Shown: positions 27,392 through 35,690 of the stretch, one piece after another | Layout: every line of letters starts with the position of its first letter | Numbering within the stretch: position 1 is the stretch's first letter | Source: Methanothrix sp. | Lineage (GTDB): Archaea > Halobacteriota > Methanosarcinia > Methanotrichales > Methanotrichaceae | Direction: 5' to 3' | Length of the DNA stretch: 39,971 nt | Assembly (NCBI GenBank): GCA_040770465.1 | Contig: JAXGJB010000024.1 | Coordinates: 1 to 39,971 of the forward strand | Notes under the pieces: model-generated | What the model was told of the DNA's origin: nothing | What the model saw: the letters and a program-made list of their open reading frames with translations, nothing else | Database searches by the model: none | Made by a program: the position numbers and the translations under genes

Positions 27392-28546
27392 TTATAGGAT
27401 AAGCCGCTTTTCAAGGCGTGTGAGGTTCTCGCATCCGTCCTCTCTCACCACCAGCAGGTCCTCGAGCCGAACCCCGCCCAGCTCCGGGTAGTAGAGGCCT
27501 GGCTCCACGGTGACGACGTTTCCCTCGGTGAGGGTCCCGCCCACCTCGGACAGGGACGGCCTCTCGTGGATCGCGAGCCCCACCCCATGGCCGGTGGAGT
27601 GGATGAATCCCCGACCGTCCCGCTCGGGGTAGCCCCGCTCTTCGAAGACCTGGCAGACCCTGGCGTGGACCTCTCTTCCAGTCGCTCCGTCCCTGACCGC
27701 AGCGATCCCCGCCTCCTGGGCCGCCAGGACTGCTCCGTAGATCTCGACGACCTCGGGGTCCGCCTCGCCACGGAGGACGGTCCTGGTCATGTCCGCATAG
27801 TACCGCGTCCGTTTGGAGCGGGGGAAGATGTCGATGACGATCGGCGAGTTCGCCGGCAAGGGGCCAGAGCCGCAAGAGTGAGGGTCGGCCGCGTTCCTGC
27901 CGCCGGCCACTATCGTATCCTGGGCCTCGCACCCCCTCTCCAGGAGGAAGACCTCGATGGCGGACTTCACCTTCTCCGAGGTGAGGGGCTCGCCTCCAAG
28001 GGCGAGATAATCCCCTGCAAGCCGGGAGTTTGATATCATCTTTATGGCGACATTCATGGCGCCCTCGCAGGCCCTCTGGGCAGACCTTATCGCCTCGATC
28101 TCCTCTGGCGACTTCGTCTCCCTCCACCTCGATACAGGGCTCTCCAGGACCGAGATCCGGAAGTCGGCTGCCAGATCCAGGTAGACCCCGACGGGAAAGT
28201 CTCCAAAGACTCCGAGCCTTTTGACGCCGCGATCATTGAGAAACTCTTTCAGGACCGCAATGTAGGCGTCCTGGGGGCGGTCGAACCGGGCCAGCTTCTC
28301 CATAATCCCGTAGTCGGAGGTGCTGACCACCTCGTCGGCCGCAGACTCCTTTTTTGCCCTCCCTTCCTCCATACCCGAGACCAGGATGGATAGAGACGAT
28401 GCTGCCAGGAGGGCGAAGCGGTCGGGGGCTTTAAAGCTGGAGAGATAATAGATGTCCAGGTTGCAGAGGCTGTCTCCGAGGATGAGAAAGCCGTCAAGCT
28501 CGTGATCGGAGAGGAATTTTCCCGTCTTTTGAGACGAAGAGGGCAT
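27392..28546 (-). CDS. Xaa-Pro peptidase (M24B family)
   Basis: KSPEEIEAI, ADPH, IVIDIFP, YYADMTRT, HSTGHGVGLAIHERP, TVEPGLY, GGVRLED. Confidence 0.93.
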   Translation of the reverse strand: MPSSSQKTGKFLSDHELDGFLILGDSLCNLDIYYLSSFKAPDRFALLAASSLSILVSGMEEGRAKKESAADEVVSTSDYGIMEKLARFDRPQDAYIAVLKEFLNDRGVKRLGVFGDFPVGVYLDLAADFRISVLESPVSRWRETKSPEEIEAIRSAQRACEGAMNVAIKMISNSRLAGDYLALGGEPLTSEKVKSAIEVFLLERGCEAQDTIVAGGRNAADPHSCGSGPLPANSPIVIDIFPRSKRTRYYADMTRTVLRGEADPEVVEIYGAVLAAQEAGIAAVRDGATGREVHARVCQVFEERGYPERDGRGFIHSTGHGVGLAIHERPSLSEVGGTLTEGNVVTVEPGLYYPELGGVRLEDLLVVREDGCENLTRLEKRLIL

Positions 28547-28582
28547 GGGAACGGATCTGTTGAGAAGATATAAAAAGATGGA

Positions 28583-29338
28583 TCAGCAGCCCTTTATCGC
28601 CGAGGCGATCTCGCGGACGAAGGCCTCGACGTCCTCGGACCTCTCGACACCGGTCCCGGTGACGATGACGTCGGCTCCCGCCTCGACCAGGTTTCGCGCC
28701 GCATCCCCCGACCTGATACCTCCGCCGAGGATCAGAAGGACGTCGCCCCCCAGGACCCGCTTCGTCGCGGCCACCATCTTCTGCGGCACCGGCTCGTTCG
28801 CCCCCGACCCCGCCTCAAGATAGACCATCCTCATCCCTAAGTACTTCCCGGCGAGGGCGTAAGCCGCCGCCAGCTCGGGCTTTTTTCTCGGGATCAACTT
28901 CGCGTCGCCGACCCAGCCCACAGTCCCGCCGGGCTCGACGATGACGTAGGCCATGGGGATCGGCTCGATCTGGTACTTATAAACCAGCGGCGAGCCTAGG
29001 GCCTGGTTCTCGATGAGGTAGCTTGCGCTCCTGGAGTTCAACAGGCTCATGAAGAAGACGGCGTCGGCGTTGGAGCAGAGCCCCGAGACGCCGCTTGGAA
29101 AGAGGATCACCGGAAGTTTGGACTCCGCCTTGATCAACCTCACAGTATCCTCGAGGGCGCGGCCTGCCGCGCCGACCGACCCCCCCACCATGATGGCGTC
29201 GGTGCCGCCTTTGGCCGCGGCCTTGGCCATCTTTCCGGCGGCCTCGGGGCTCTGGGAGTCGGGGTCTATAAGGGTGAGATGAGCGGCTCCGGCCGTCTTC
29301 GCGACCTTTGCCAGCATCTCCTCGACGGGACCGATCAT
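28583..29338 (-). CDS. Geranylgeranylglyceryl phosphate synthase
   Basis: HLTLIDPD, TDAIMVGGS, LPVILFP, FMSLLNS, YLEAGSGA, GGGIR, GADVIVTG. Start at ATG 29338, since the track's extension overlaps rpl40e. Confidence 0.93.
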   Translation of the reverse strand: MIGPVEEMLAKVAKTAGAAHLTLIDPDSQSPEAAGKMAKAAAKGGTDAIMVGGSVGAAGRALEDTVRLIKAESKLPVILFPSGVSGLCSNADAVFFMSLLNSRSASYLIENQALGSPLVYKYQIEPIPMAYVIVEPGGTVGWVGDAKLIPRKKPELAAAYALAGKYLGMRMVYLEAGSGANEPVPQKMVAATKRVLGGDVLLILGGGIRSGDAARNLVEAGADVIVTGTGVERSEDVEAFVREIASAIKGC

Positions 29339-29361
29339 GAGAACATCAGCCCCAAAATCGT

Positions 29362-29508
29362 CTATCCTCTGCTCTCCTTGGACTTGACGCGAAGCCCCTT
29401 GTAGCCGCACTTGCGGCATCGGGTTGAACGGGAGGCGTTTCGCGCGTTGCAGCGCATGCAGATCTTCATGTTGAGAAGGCGGTTTTCAGCCTCTGGAAAT
29501 CGAGCCAT
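29362..29508 (-). CDS. rpl40e: 50S ribosomal protein L40e (48 aa; below the ORF-track cutoff)
   Basis: Manual translation: [48 protein letters not shown]. Confidence 0.96.
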   Translation of the reverse strand: MARFPEAENRLLNMKICMRCNARNASRSTRCRKCGYKGLRVKSKESRG

Positions 29509-29594
29509 GGAATTATCCTCTTAAGTCGCTTTTATCCGATATGCGATCACCGCAGACGGATCGCGGCGATATGAACTTTTTGGATGAAGGTTGT

Positions 29595-29747
29595 TGGCGC
29601 CGGGGTTGGGATTTTCCTGACGGGGCTTTCTCGCCCCACCATTTTGAACCCAAGCGTCCCAGAAGGGACAACAGGTCTCGAGCCTGCCGCGTTTGGACTC
29701 TTCAGACCCCTTGGAGACAGAAGATTAGTCCGCTCTGCCACCCCGGC
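29595..29747 (-). tRNA. tRNA-Ser(CGA) with two non-canonical introns (33 nt at 21/22; 31 nt at 59/60) and encoded CCA
   Basis: Acceptor GCCGGGG/CCCCGGC + G73 + CCA; anticodon arm GCAGG-CT CGA GA-CCTGT; long variable arm GTCCC/GGGAC; T arm TTGGG/CCCAA. Removing 29693-29725 and 29612-29642 gives an 89-nt cloverleaf. TATAAA lies ~30 nt upstream. Confidence 0.92.
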
Positions 29748-29818
29748 TCCGGCGGTTCTAGTTCAAGCTTCTGGTTTATATCTGTTGGCCCCGGCATCCG
29801 GGTCGATTTGAAAGCCAT

Positions 29819-29910
29819 GGGAGATCGGTTGGGGGGAGATTGGAGATCGACTGGAGTCGATGGGAGATCGATTGGTGAGGATTGGAGGGCGATCGGAGGA
29901 CGATCGGATA
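29819..29910. repeat. Degenerate ~11-nt tandem repeats (GGAGATCGATT-like)
   Basis: ggagatcggtt, ggagattgg, ggagatcgact, ggagtcgat, ggagatcgatt, ggcgatcgga, gacgatcgga in the tRNA/malic enzyme intergenic region. Confidence 0.55.
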
Positions 29911-29952
29911 GGCTTATGTGGACGGGCGGCGAAACCCCGGCGGGAGATTTTG

Positions 29953-31173
29953 ATGGCCCTTCGAGATGATGCGCTGGAGTTCCACCGGAAATCAAGGGGT
30001 AAGATCGCCATAAAGAGCAAGGTGCCCTGCAGCACCCGCGAGGACCTGAGCCTCGCCTACACCCCCGGAGTCGCCGAGCCCTGCCGCGAGATCGAGAGAG
30101 ATCCGGGGCTGGTCTACGATTACACATCCAAGGGGAACCTGGTGGCGGTCGTCACCGACGGCTCCGCGGTCTTGGGGCTCGGCGACATCGGAGCGGCGGC
30201 ATCGATGCCGGTGATGGAGGGGAAGGCGATCCTCTTCAAGGGGTTTGCCGACGTCGACGCCTTCCCCATCTGCATAGACTCTCTGGATCCAGCGGTGATC
30301 GTGGAGACGACGAAGAGGATCGCCACCGTCTTCGGCGGGATTAACCTGGAGGACATCAGCGCGCCCCGCTGCTTCGAGATCGAGGAGAGGCTGAAGCGGG
30401 AGCTGGAGATCCCCGTCTTCCACGACGACCAGCACGGGACCGCCGTGGTGACGGCGGCCGCCCTCATCAACGCCCTCAAGATCGCGAAGAGGGGTTTCGA
30501 AGACGTCTCGGTCGTCATGAGCGGGGCCGGGGCGGCCGGGGTCGCAGTATCCAAGTTTCTGATGAGCTTCGGAGTCCGCGACATCGTCCTCTGCGATAGC
30601 AAGGGCATCATTCATGCAGGGAGAGGCGACCTCAACTCCTCGAAGATGGAGATGGCCGGAATCACAAACCCGAAAGGAAAGACCGGCTCCATGGCTGACG
30701 CCATGGAGGGCGCAGACGTCTTCATCGGGGTCTCGGCTCCAGGGATCGTATCCGAGGAGATGGTGAGGTCGATGGCGAGAGATCCGATCGTCTTCGCCAT
30801 GGCAAACCCCGTCCCCGAGATCATGCCAGACCTCGCCAGGAAGGCGGGGGCGAGGGTCGTCGCCACCGGAAGGTCGGACTTTCCAAACCAGGTGAACAAC
30901 GTCCTCGGCTTCCCCGGCATATTCAGGGGTGCCCTCGACGTCAGGGCTAGCGACATCAACGAGGAGATGAAGATGGCGGCGGCGAGGGCGATCGCTGGAC
31001 TCGCGGAGCCGATATCGGAAGACCAGATCATCCCGTCGCCTCTGGACCGACGGGTTGTGCCGAAGGTTGCGGAGGCGGTGGCGAGGGCGGCCATCGAGTC
31101 GGGGGTTGCAAGGCTCGAGGTCGATCCGGCCGAGGTCGGAAGGAAAGCCGCCGAGAGGATCGGGCTTGAGTAG
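29953..31173 (+). CDS. NAD(P)-dependent malic enzyme
   Basis: LSLAYTPGVA, AVVTDGSAVLGLGDIG, PVMEGKAILFK, GGINLEDISAPRCF, FHDDQHGTA, GAGAAG, FAMANPVPEI, TGRSDFPNQVNN. Start at ATG 29953 (or the adjacent TTG 29950). Confidence 0.95.
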   Translation: MALRDDALEFHRKSRGKIAIKSKVPCSTREDLSLAYTPGVAEPCREIERDPGLVYDYTSKGNLVAVVTDGSAVLGLGDIGAAASMPVMEGKAILFKGFADVDAFPICIDSLDPAVIVETTKRIATVFGGINLEDISAPRCFEIEERLKRELEIPVFHDDQHGTAVVTAAALINALKIAKRGFEDVSVVMSGAGAAGVAVSKFLMSFGVRDIVLCDSKGIIHAGRGDLNSSKMEMAGITNPKGKTGSMADAMEGADVFIGVSAPGIVSEEMVRSMARDPIVFAMANPVPEIMPDLARKAGARVVATGRSDFPNQVNNVLGFPGIFRGALDVRASDINEEMKMAAARAIAGLAEPISEDQIIPSPLDRRVVPKVAEAVARAAIESGVARLEVDPAEVGRKAAERIGLE

Positions 31174-31300
31174 AAGGGTGCAAGACAAAAGGTCTGCCAC
31201 CCCTTTTGTCCTAATGCCATAAGCTACTATTCACAATTCGCGAATCTTCGCGCTGTGAGAGAAGGTAGAGAAGTTACTGAATTTAGCGGCAAAAGAAAAG

Positions 31301-31450
31301 TTAAAGTTCGATGCCTATATCTCTCGCAAACGCTCTGAATGGAATGGGCTCAGAGTCGTCTTTACACCCGGTGTTGATTCCATCGATTTCTTCATCACTT
31401 AGCCCATCTATAAAGCGGTCTAAGTATTTTATTTCGTCGGACACCATCAT
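31301..31450 (-). CDS. Small acidic protein, candidate antitoxin (49 aa; not in the ORF track)
   Basis: MMVSDEIKYLDRFIDGLSDEEIDGINTGCKDDSEPIPFRAFARDIGIEL*; 71 nt downstream of the RelE-like gene; the C-terminus resembles RelB-type tails. Confidence 0.55.
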   Translation of the reverse strand: MMVSDEIKYLDRFIDGLSDEEIDGINTGCKDDSEPIPFRAFARDIGIEL

Positions 31451-31521
31451 GATGTAGTTGGTTTTCTTGGTATTTAAGTGTATATAGCCTTCGGCTGTAT
31501 ATACGGACTCTCCGAGCGAAT

Positions 31522-31839
31522 TTACATTTTATAATCGGTGTTTCTGCGTTTAGTTATTTTTATTCTCGTTATTGTAACCGTTCGATCGGCGCTATTCATC
31601 GTATATTCAACTCTGGTCTGGTCGCCTATTCTAAGACGATACCTAGGGGGATTAGAATTAGTAATATGATCGATATCAGTTCCTGATCTGGGCTTATGGG
31701 GATCGGTTTCCAGTTCAAGTATGTGATCCGATATAATCTTAGCTGCTTTTTCGTCTTTTTTTTGAAGCTTTTCCAACGTTTTTCGAGGACTTTCATTTAT
31801 TAGTATTTCGTATTGCTTTCCCAACGTTACATCCTCCAC
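31522..31839 (-). CDS. RelE/ParE-family toxin
   Basis: 105 aa, basic; YEILI...KTLEKL...LETDP...YRLRIGDQTRVEY...VTITRI pattern. Confidence 0.8.
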   Translation of the reverse strand: MEDVTLGKQYEILINESPRKTLEKLQKKDEKAAKIISDHILELETDPHKPRSGTDIDHITNSNPPRYRLRIGDQTRVEYTMNSADRTVTITRIKITKRRNTDYKM

Positions 31840-32454
31840 GCACGGTGATGCTGCAATAGTATAAATATCTTTCTCATTTTATTCCTAGAAACTGATTAAT
31901 CTCTCGAATGCGTTTTAATGGCCGATCTCTCTTGAAGGCAGAGATAAGGCAGAGATAATCCCTACGGCTTGGACTCCGATCCTCGGAGAGCGGGGCGGGA
32001 TTCCCCATAGGCGAACGTTATTTTATCCATTCTCCCCCCACCAGTTGCGATAGTCACATAACTATTTTTGAGCGGCGAGGCTGGCTGGAGGGAGGAGAGT
32101 ATGAGAGGCGGTACACCTTCGAGGGATGAAAAGAGATCGACGCCGTCGCCTTGATCGGGTCTCGATCTCTCCCTCGATCCGAACTCTGAAGCTATGGAAC
32201 CGTTCTGATCGACGCGCCCCCAGGCGGCTGGGAGGGGGTTATACCGGGAGAGGCGATATACAGGACATCGATATCGTTTGCCTCCGATCTGATCGGAAGG
32301 GGCACGAGAGATCGCCGATCCGATAGATGGTACGGGGCGATCGGCGATTCATTCATGTCGAAGGGGGCCAAAAGGCGGGCAGGGAGTCCACCCAGGCTCG
32401 ATCCGCCTTTCGGCTCATAACAGTTCAATTCTCTGGAGGGCAGAAAACTCCGGG

Positions 32455-32583
32455 CGGCGGATGGTGCCGAGGGTCGCCGAGGCGGTGGCGAGGGCGGCCA
32501 TCGAATCGGGGGTCGCAAGCCTCAAGGTCGACCCCGCGGAGGTCGGCCGACGAGCCGCCGAGAGGATCGGGCTATTGGGCTAG
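32455..32583 (+). repeat. Diverged second copy of the malic enzyme 3' end (att-like gene fragment)
   Basis: Translates RRMVPRVAEAVARAAIESGVASLKVDPAEVGRRAAERIGLLG*, versus RRVVPKVAEAVARAAIESGVARLEVDPAEVGRKAAERIGLE* at 31048-31173. Confidence 0.92.
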
Positions 32584-32589
32584 GAGGTG

Positions 32590-32851
32590 GGCGAAGAGTA
32601 GCTGGCGGCGAGGGGAGGCTGCGGCGGCCAGGCTGGAGGGCGAGGCAGAGAACCTGTGGAACGCGGCGCGGTTGGAGGCGCTGGCGGGTCTACCTCGGCC
32701 CAAGTGGAGAAGATGCACCGCGAAGGGGCCGAAGACCTATGAGTATTATTTCGCATCCTGGAAGGATGGATTTCGGTCCTCAAAATACGCTTATCTGAGG
32801 GGGGCCTCTCGAAAGCTGAATTGGTGCGGGGGAACTTACCCCCGCACCTGA
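32590..32851 (+). pseudogene. Degraded mobile-element-associated hypothetical gene
   Basis: Protein-like segments ARLEGEAENLWNAARLE and KGPKTYEYYFASWKDG...YL, with no clean start. It resembles a small basic family I recall from Methanothrix integrated elements (not verified). Confidence 0.4.
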
Positions 32852-33184
32852 ATGGCTTTGACCGACTCACATGTGTTCCGATTTCTGCATAAAACGGAAA
32901 CTCGACCAGAGGGACTCTCAGTCCGGGAAGGAGGGTTTGGGGGACGCCCTTTATTCGCAATTAATTTTGTATTTTTTATATGACCCTCTATATATAGACG
33001 GTGGTCAGGGTCACATAACTAAACTAGGTTGAACCATGAACGCGGGGTTTTTGCGGGAGCAGGGGCTTCATCGATAACCAGAGATTGAAACGTGAGGTAA
33101 CTATATAGACCGATTGGATCTATCCTTTCTATAGAGACAAAATTTATAAATTCATGGACTTATCCGAAATATGTTCGCTAAAAT

Positions 33185-33244
33185 GAAGTGGTATTATGAG
33201 AAGTGGTATTATGAGAAGTGGTATTATGAGAAGTGGTATTATGA
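33185..33244 (+). repeat. Perfect 15-bp tandem repeat GAAGTGGTATTATGA x4
   Basis: Read directly; no spacers between units. Confidence 0.95.
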
Positions 33245-33359
33245 GTAGGATAATCCAAAACAAGGCAGTTCACAGAACTGGGAGCCAGCACCAAATTGTA
33301 GAACAAGCATCATGGGCAACTTGTGAAAAGTTCACGCGTTCGATGTTCAAGAGGCGAAA

Positions 33360-33813
33360 ATGAAAACAGAAGCCACAATAGTGGAACTTATAACCCGTCT
33401 TCCAAAGGGGCATATAAATCCACTTTTATGCGAATCGCATAAACTGGACATCGCGTCTTGGCCAATCATTTCTGACAGATCAGTGCGGCAAGCTGCTCGA
33501 CCCCGCAGCTTGGTGGGTATATGCATTAGCCGCATCATTTTGCTGAATTGCATGGGACATTTTGCGGAATTGCATTGACTGCGAATCGTTAGTTGATCCC
33601 ATGAATTTCAGCTTCGACTACATCTTCAACGCTTTTCGAGGGCGGCGGAAGATCGTAAAGGCGATCTCAGAACATTGCCCTGTGGTGGCGAAGATAGAAA
33701 CAGATGGTCCAGTTTGTCCCTATTGTGGGAGTAATGAGGGCGAGCAGTTCGGCTGGGCAAATGGCCTAGGATGGTATCAGTGTATGGCCTGCGGAATGGA
33801 TTACCTTTTCTGA
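33360..33813 (+). pseudogene. Two overlapping ORFs (33360-33578, 33562-33813), possibly one frameshifted zinc-ribbon gene
   Basis: The second ORF ends CPYCGS...WYQCMACG; overlap and absence of an SD at 33562 suggest a frameshift. Confidence 0.4.
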
Positions 33814-33904
33814 GGCTGTAGAACCAATCTAGCTGACGTAAGCCGAAGTTTCGCTGAAGATCGGCGGTTTTATTAAGAGACCCACAGAGATCGAGGAGGA
33901 TAAT

Positions 33905-34069
33905 ATGAAGAGATTTGTATTTATCGGAACTCAGTACAGGGGGATGTCAGAAAAATCCCCAGAGGACATCGCGAAAGAGCACAAGATGGCAGTTCAGGAT
34001 TTGTTGCCGTGGGATCACCCAACCTGGGGAAAGGTAGAGACTGTCACATTGAAACCGCGAAAGAGATGA
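33905..34069 (+). CDS. Small hypothetical protein (54 aa; not in the track)
   Basis: SD GAGGAGGA, then MKRFVFIGTQYRGMSEKSPEDIAKEHKMAVQDLLPWDHPTWGKVETVTLKPRKR*. Confidence 0.6.
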   Translation: MKRFVFIGTQYRGMSEKSPEDIAKEHKMAVQDLLPWDHPTWGKVETVTLKPRKR

Positions 34070-34155
34070 GCTGGTATGGTTCGCCTACGTGTTGGTATGC
34101 TGGGCAACGCTACTGCGAGATGTATGGATAAAAACCGCCATCTGGAGGAGATGAG

Positions 34156-34305
34156 ATGAGAAAAGTATTTAGTGAGTATCAAACCGAGAAAACTTTACAA
34201 ACACCAGGAGAGGTCTTAGAAGTTATCGGCGATATGTCGGAGAGCCAGTCCACGGAATTGTTAGCCGACGAGGAGAAGCGCCGGAGGAAGAGGGCGAGAA
34301 GATGA
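34156..34305 (+). CDS. Small hypothetical protein (49 aa; not in the track)
   Basis: SD GGAGGAG, MRKVFSEYQTEKTLQTPGEVLEVIGDMSESQSTELLADEEKRRRKRARR*, ATGA-coupled to the next gene. Confidence 0.6.
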   Translation: MRKVFSEYQTEKTLQTPGEVLEVIGDMSESQSTELLADEEKRRRKRARR

Positions 34306-34493
34306 GCCGAAGGTATCAGATGGACTGTGAGGGCTACCGTTGCGGGATTTGTGGCAATCCCATTAAGAACGGGGAGTTCTACGTAACCGATCACGGGCAA
34401 CTATATCACGCGGCTTGTGCTGAGAAGGCCCTGGCGGGGCTCCCGTCAGAGCCAGGGATGGATCCGGTCGCTAATTGGTGGGGGATGGCATGA
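34302..34493 (+). CDS. Small LIM-like zinc-finger protein
   Basis: CGICGNPI...LYHAAC (CxxC...HxxC); ATGA overlap with the upstream gene; paralog at 35687. Confidence 0.65.
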   Translation: MSRRYQMDCEGYRCGICGNPIKNGEFYVTDHGQLYHAACAEKALAGLPSEPGMDPVANWWGMA

Positions 34494-34579
34494 AGATCGC
34501 CGATAAAGCATCACAACCAGGGGGTTACTGTGGTCTTGAAGGCCGAGGTCTACCGAGCTCTATTGGAGGGTGCAGGGTC

Positions 34580-34690
34580 ATGACCTCAAAAGCGGAGGAG
34601 CTTGCTGTACTGTATGCAGAATTCGACAGGCAGTTTGCCTATCTAGAGCGGCTTATCTGGCGCATTAGAGAGCTGCAGGAGAGAGGTTGA
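34580..34690 (+). CDS. Small helical hypothetical protein
   Basis: MTSKAEELAVLYAEFDRQFAYLERLIWRIRELQERG (C-terminal part of track ORF 34475-34690), downstream of GGAGGGTG. Confidence 0.4.
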   Translation: MTSKAEELAVLYAEFDRQFAYLERLIWRIRELQERG

Positions 34691-35319
34691 ACCATTCGTT
34701 GGCCTATCACTCTGACCACGCTCCTGGAAGCCCGAGCCACTACCCGACCTTCGAGAGACGGAAACCGACTGTCTCCGGAGCATTGAAGCCCCTAAACTCT
34801 CTCTGGGGGTATTGCTGCTTGGAGCCGCGGTCATGCAGGAGCGTAAATTGCGAATCGATAGCAGAAACGCGAAAATCAGAGAACACCGACCACCTCCGGG
34901 GGTTCAATCTCCCCGCGGAGGCGGTCTAAATGACCGAGGACGGTTATAACAGCTGGCGAAATTACGCGACTCGGAACGTCTCATTATGGATCGATACTAA
35001 TCCTAATTTACTGAATACAGTCCTGGAGGTCCGCCAGTGATCAGCATTTTTCGACTGGCTGCTCTGTTGTGGGGTACGTGTCTCGTCGTGGTCGTTATCG
35101 GGTGGTGGCGAGGGTGGCCCGTAACTGGATGAGCTGGCGACGGCAAAGGCGAGAAAAGGCGGCCGGCTATGCCACTAAAAGGCGCTGGTGCCAGGTGGAG
35201 ATCTCCCTCCACCTCCACCTACCCGCGGCCGATAGTTTCCCGAGAGTGTGTTTACACTCCTCCTCCGGAAACCGGCAAGCTCGGGGCCCGGTGAGGTCCT
35301 GCAGAGGACGTTGGTGTAA

Positions 35320-35508
35320 ATGTCTAAAATCTGTTGGCTGGCGGCCCTTGATGTTGGGGACGGGGCTACGGTCCCGATGAAGAGCGGTATAATGTGCTAT
35401 ATGATGGACCGCGGCATGTCGCCGACACTGGGAGCGGTTACGCTTCACGGCTCGGCTGGAGCTGAGTTGTGCGGGTACGTTGACCATATGGGCAGGGTGA
35501 GGGGATGA
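35320..35508 (+). CDS. Small hypothetical protein
   Basis: 62-aa ORF, ATGA-coupled to 35505. Confidence 0.4.
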   Translation: MSKICWLAALDVGDGATVPMKSGIMCYMMDRGMSPTLGAVTLHGSAGAELCGYVDHMGRVRG

Positions 35509-35690
35509 GTGATAACAGTTCTGAGACGGTGGCTCGGTGTCACCGACTGCGGATAGCCAGAGACACGCTTAAACGGACCGAGTCGGGGGAGTTGATCCTC
35601 GAGGGGATGACCCGCGATGAGGCGCGGTCCATTCTGGAGGAGGAGAATAGACGCCAGGCTGGTTTGCTGCCGCGGAGGTCAAAGCGATGA
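35505..35690 (+). CDS. Small hypothetical protein
   Basis: 61 aa, GMTRDEARSILEEE helix; ATGA-coupled on both sides. Confidence 0.55.
   Translation: MSDNSSETVARCHRLRIARDTLKRTESGELILEGMTRDEARSILEEENRRQAGLLPRRSKR

Noticed and set aside
29339-29419. N-terminal extension of GGGP synthase
   Set aside because: Overlaps rpl40e in another frame.
29693-29725. C/D box guide RNA inside tRNA intron 1
   Set aside because: Contains one CTGA but no box C, and is too short.
29541-29969. Track ORFs across 29.5-30.0 kb
   Set aside because: They overlap the intron-containing tRNA-Ser and a low-complexity repeat; no protein motifs.
29992-31200. 402-aa antisense ORF, plus other long shadow ORFs (3479-4414, 8538-9443, 21144-21887, 24434-25162, 36908-37576)
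   Set aside because: They lie opposite or overlap well-supported genes and have no motifs; expected from high GC3 codon bias.
32327-32851. 174-aa ORF as a single real gene
   Set aside because: It is a chimera reading out of frame through the duplicated malic enzyme end into a degraded gene fragment.
33185-33244. Possible CRISPR array
   Set aside because: Units are 15 bp, directly adjacent with no spacers, and no cas genes are present.
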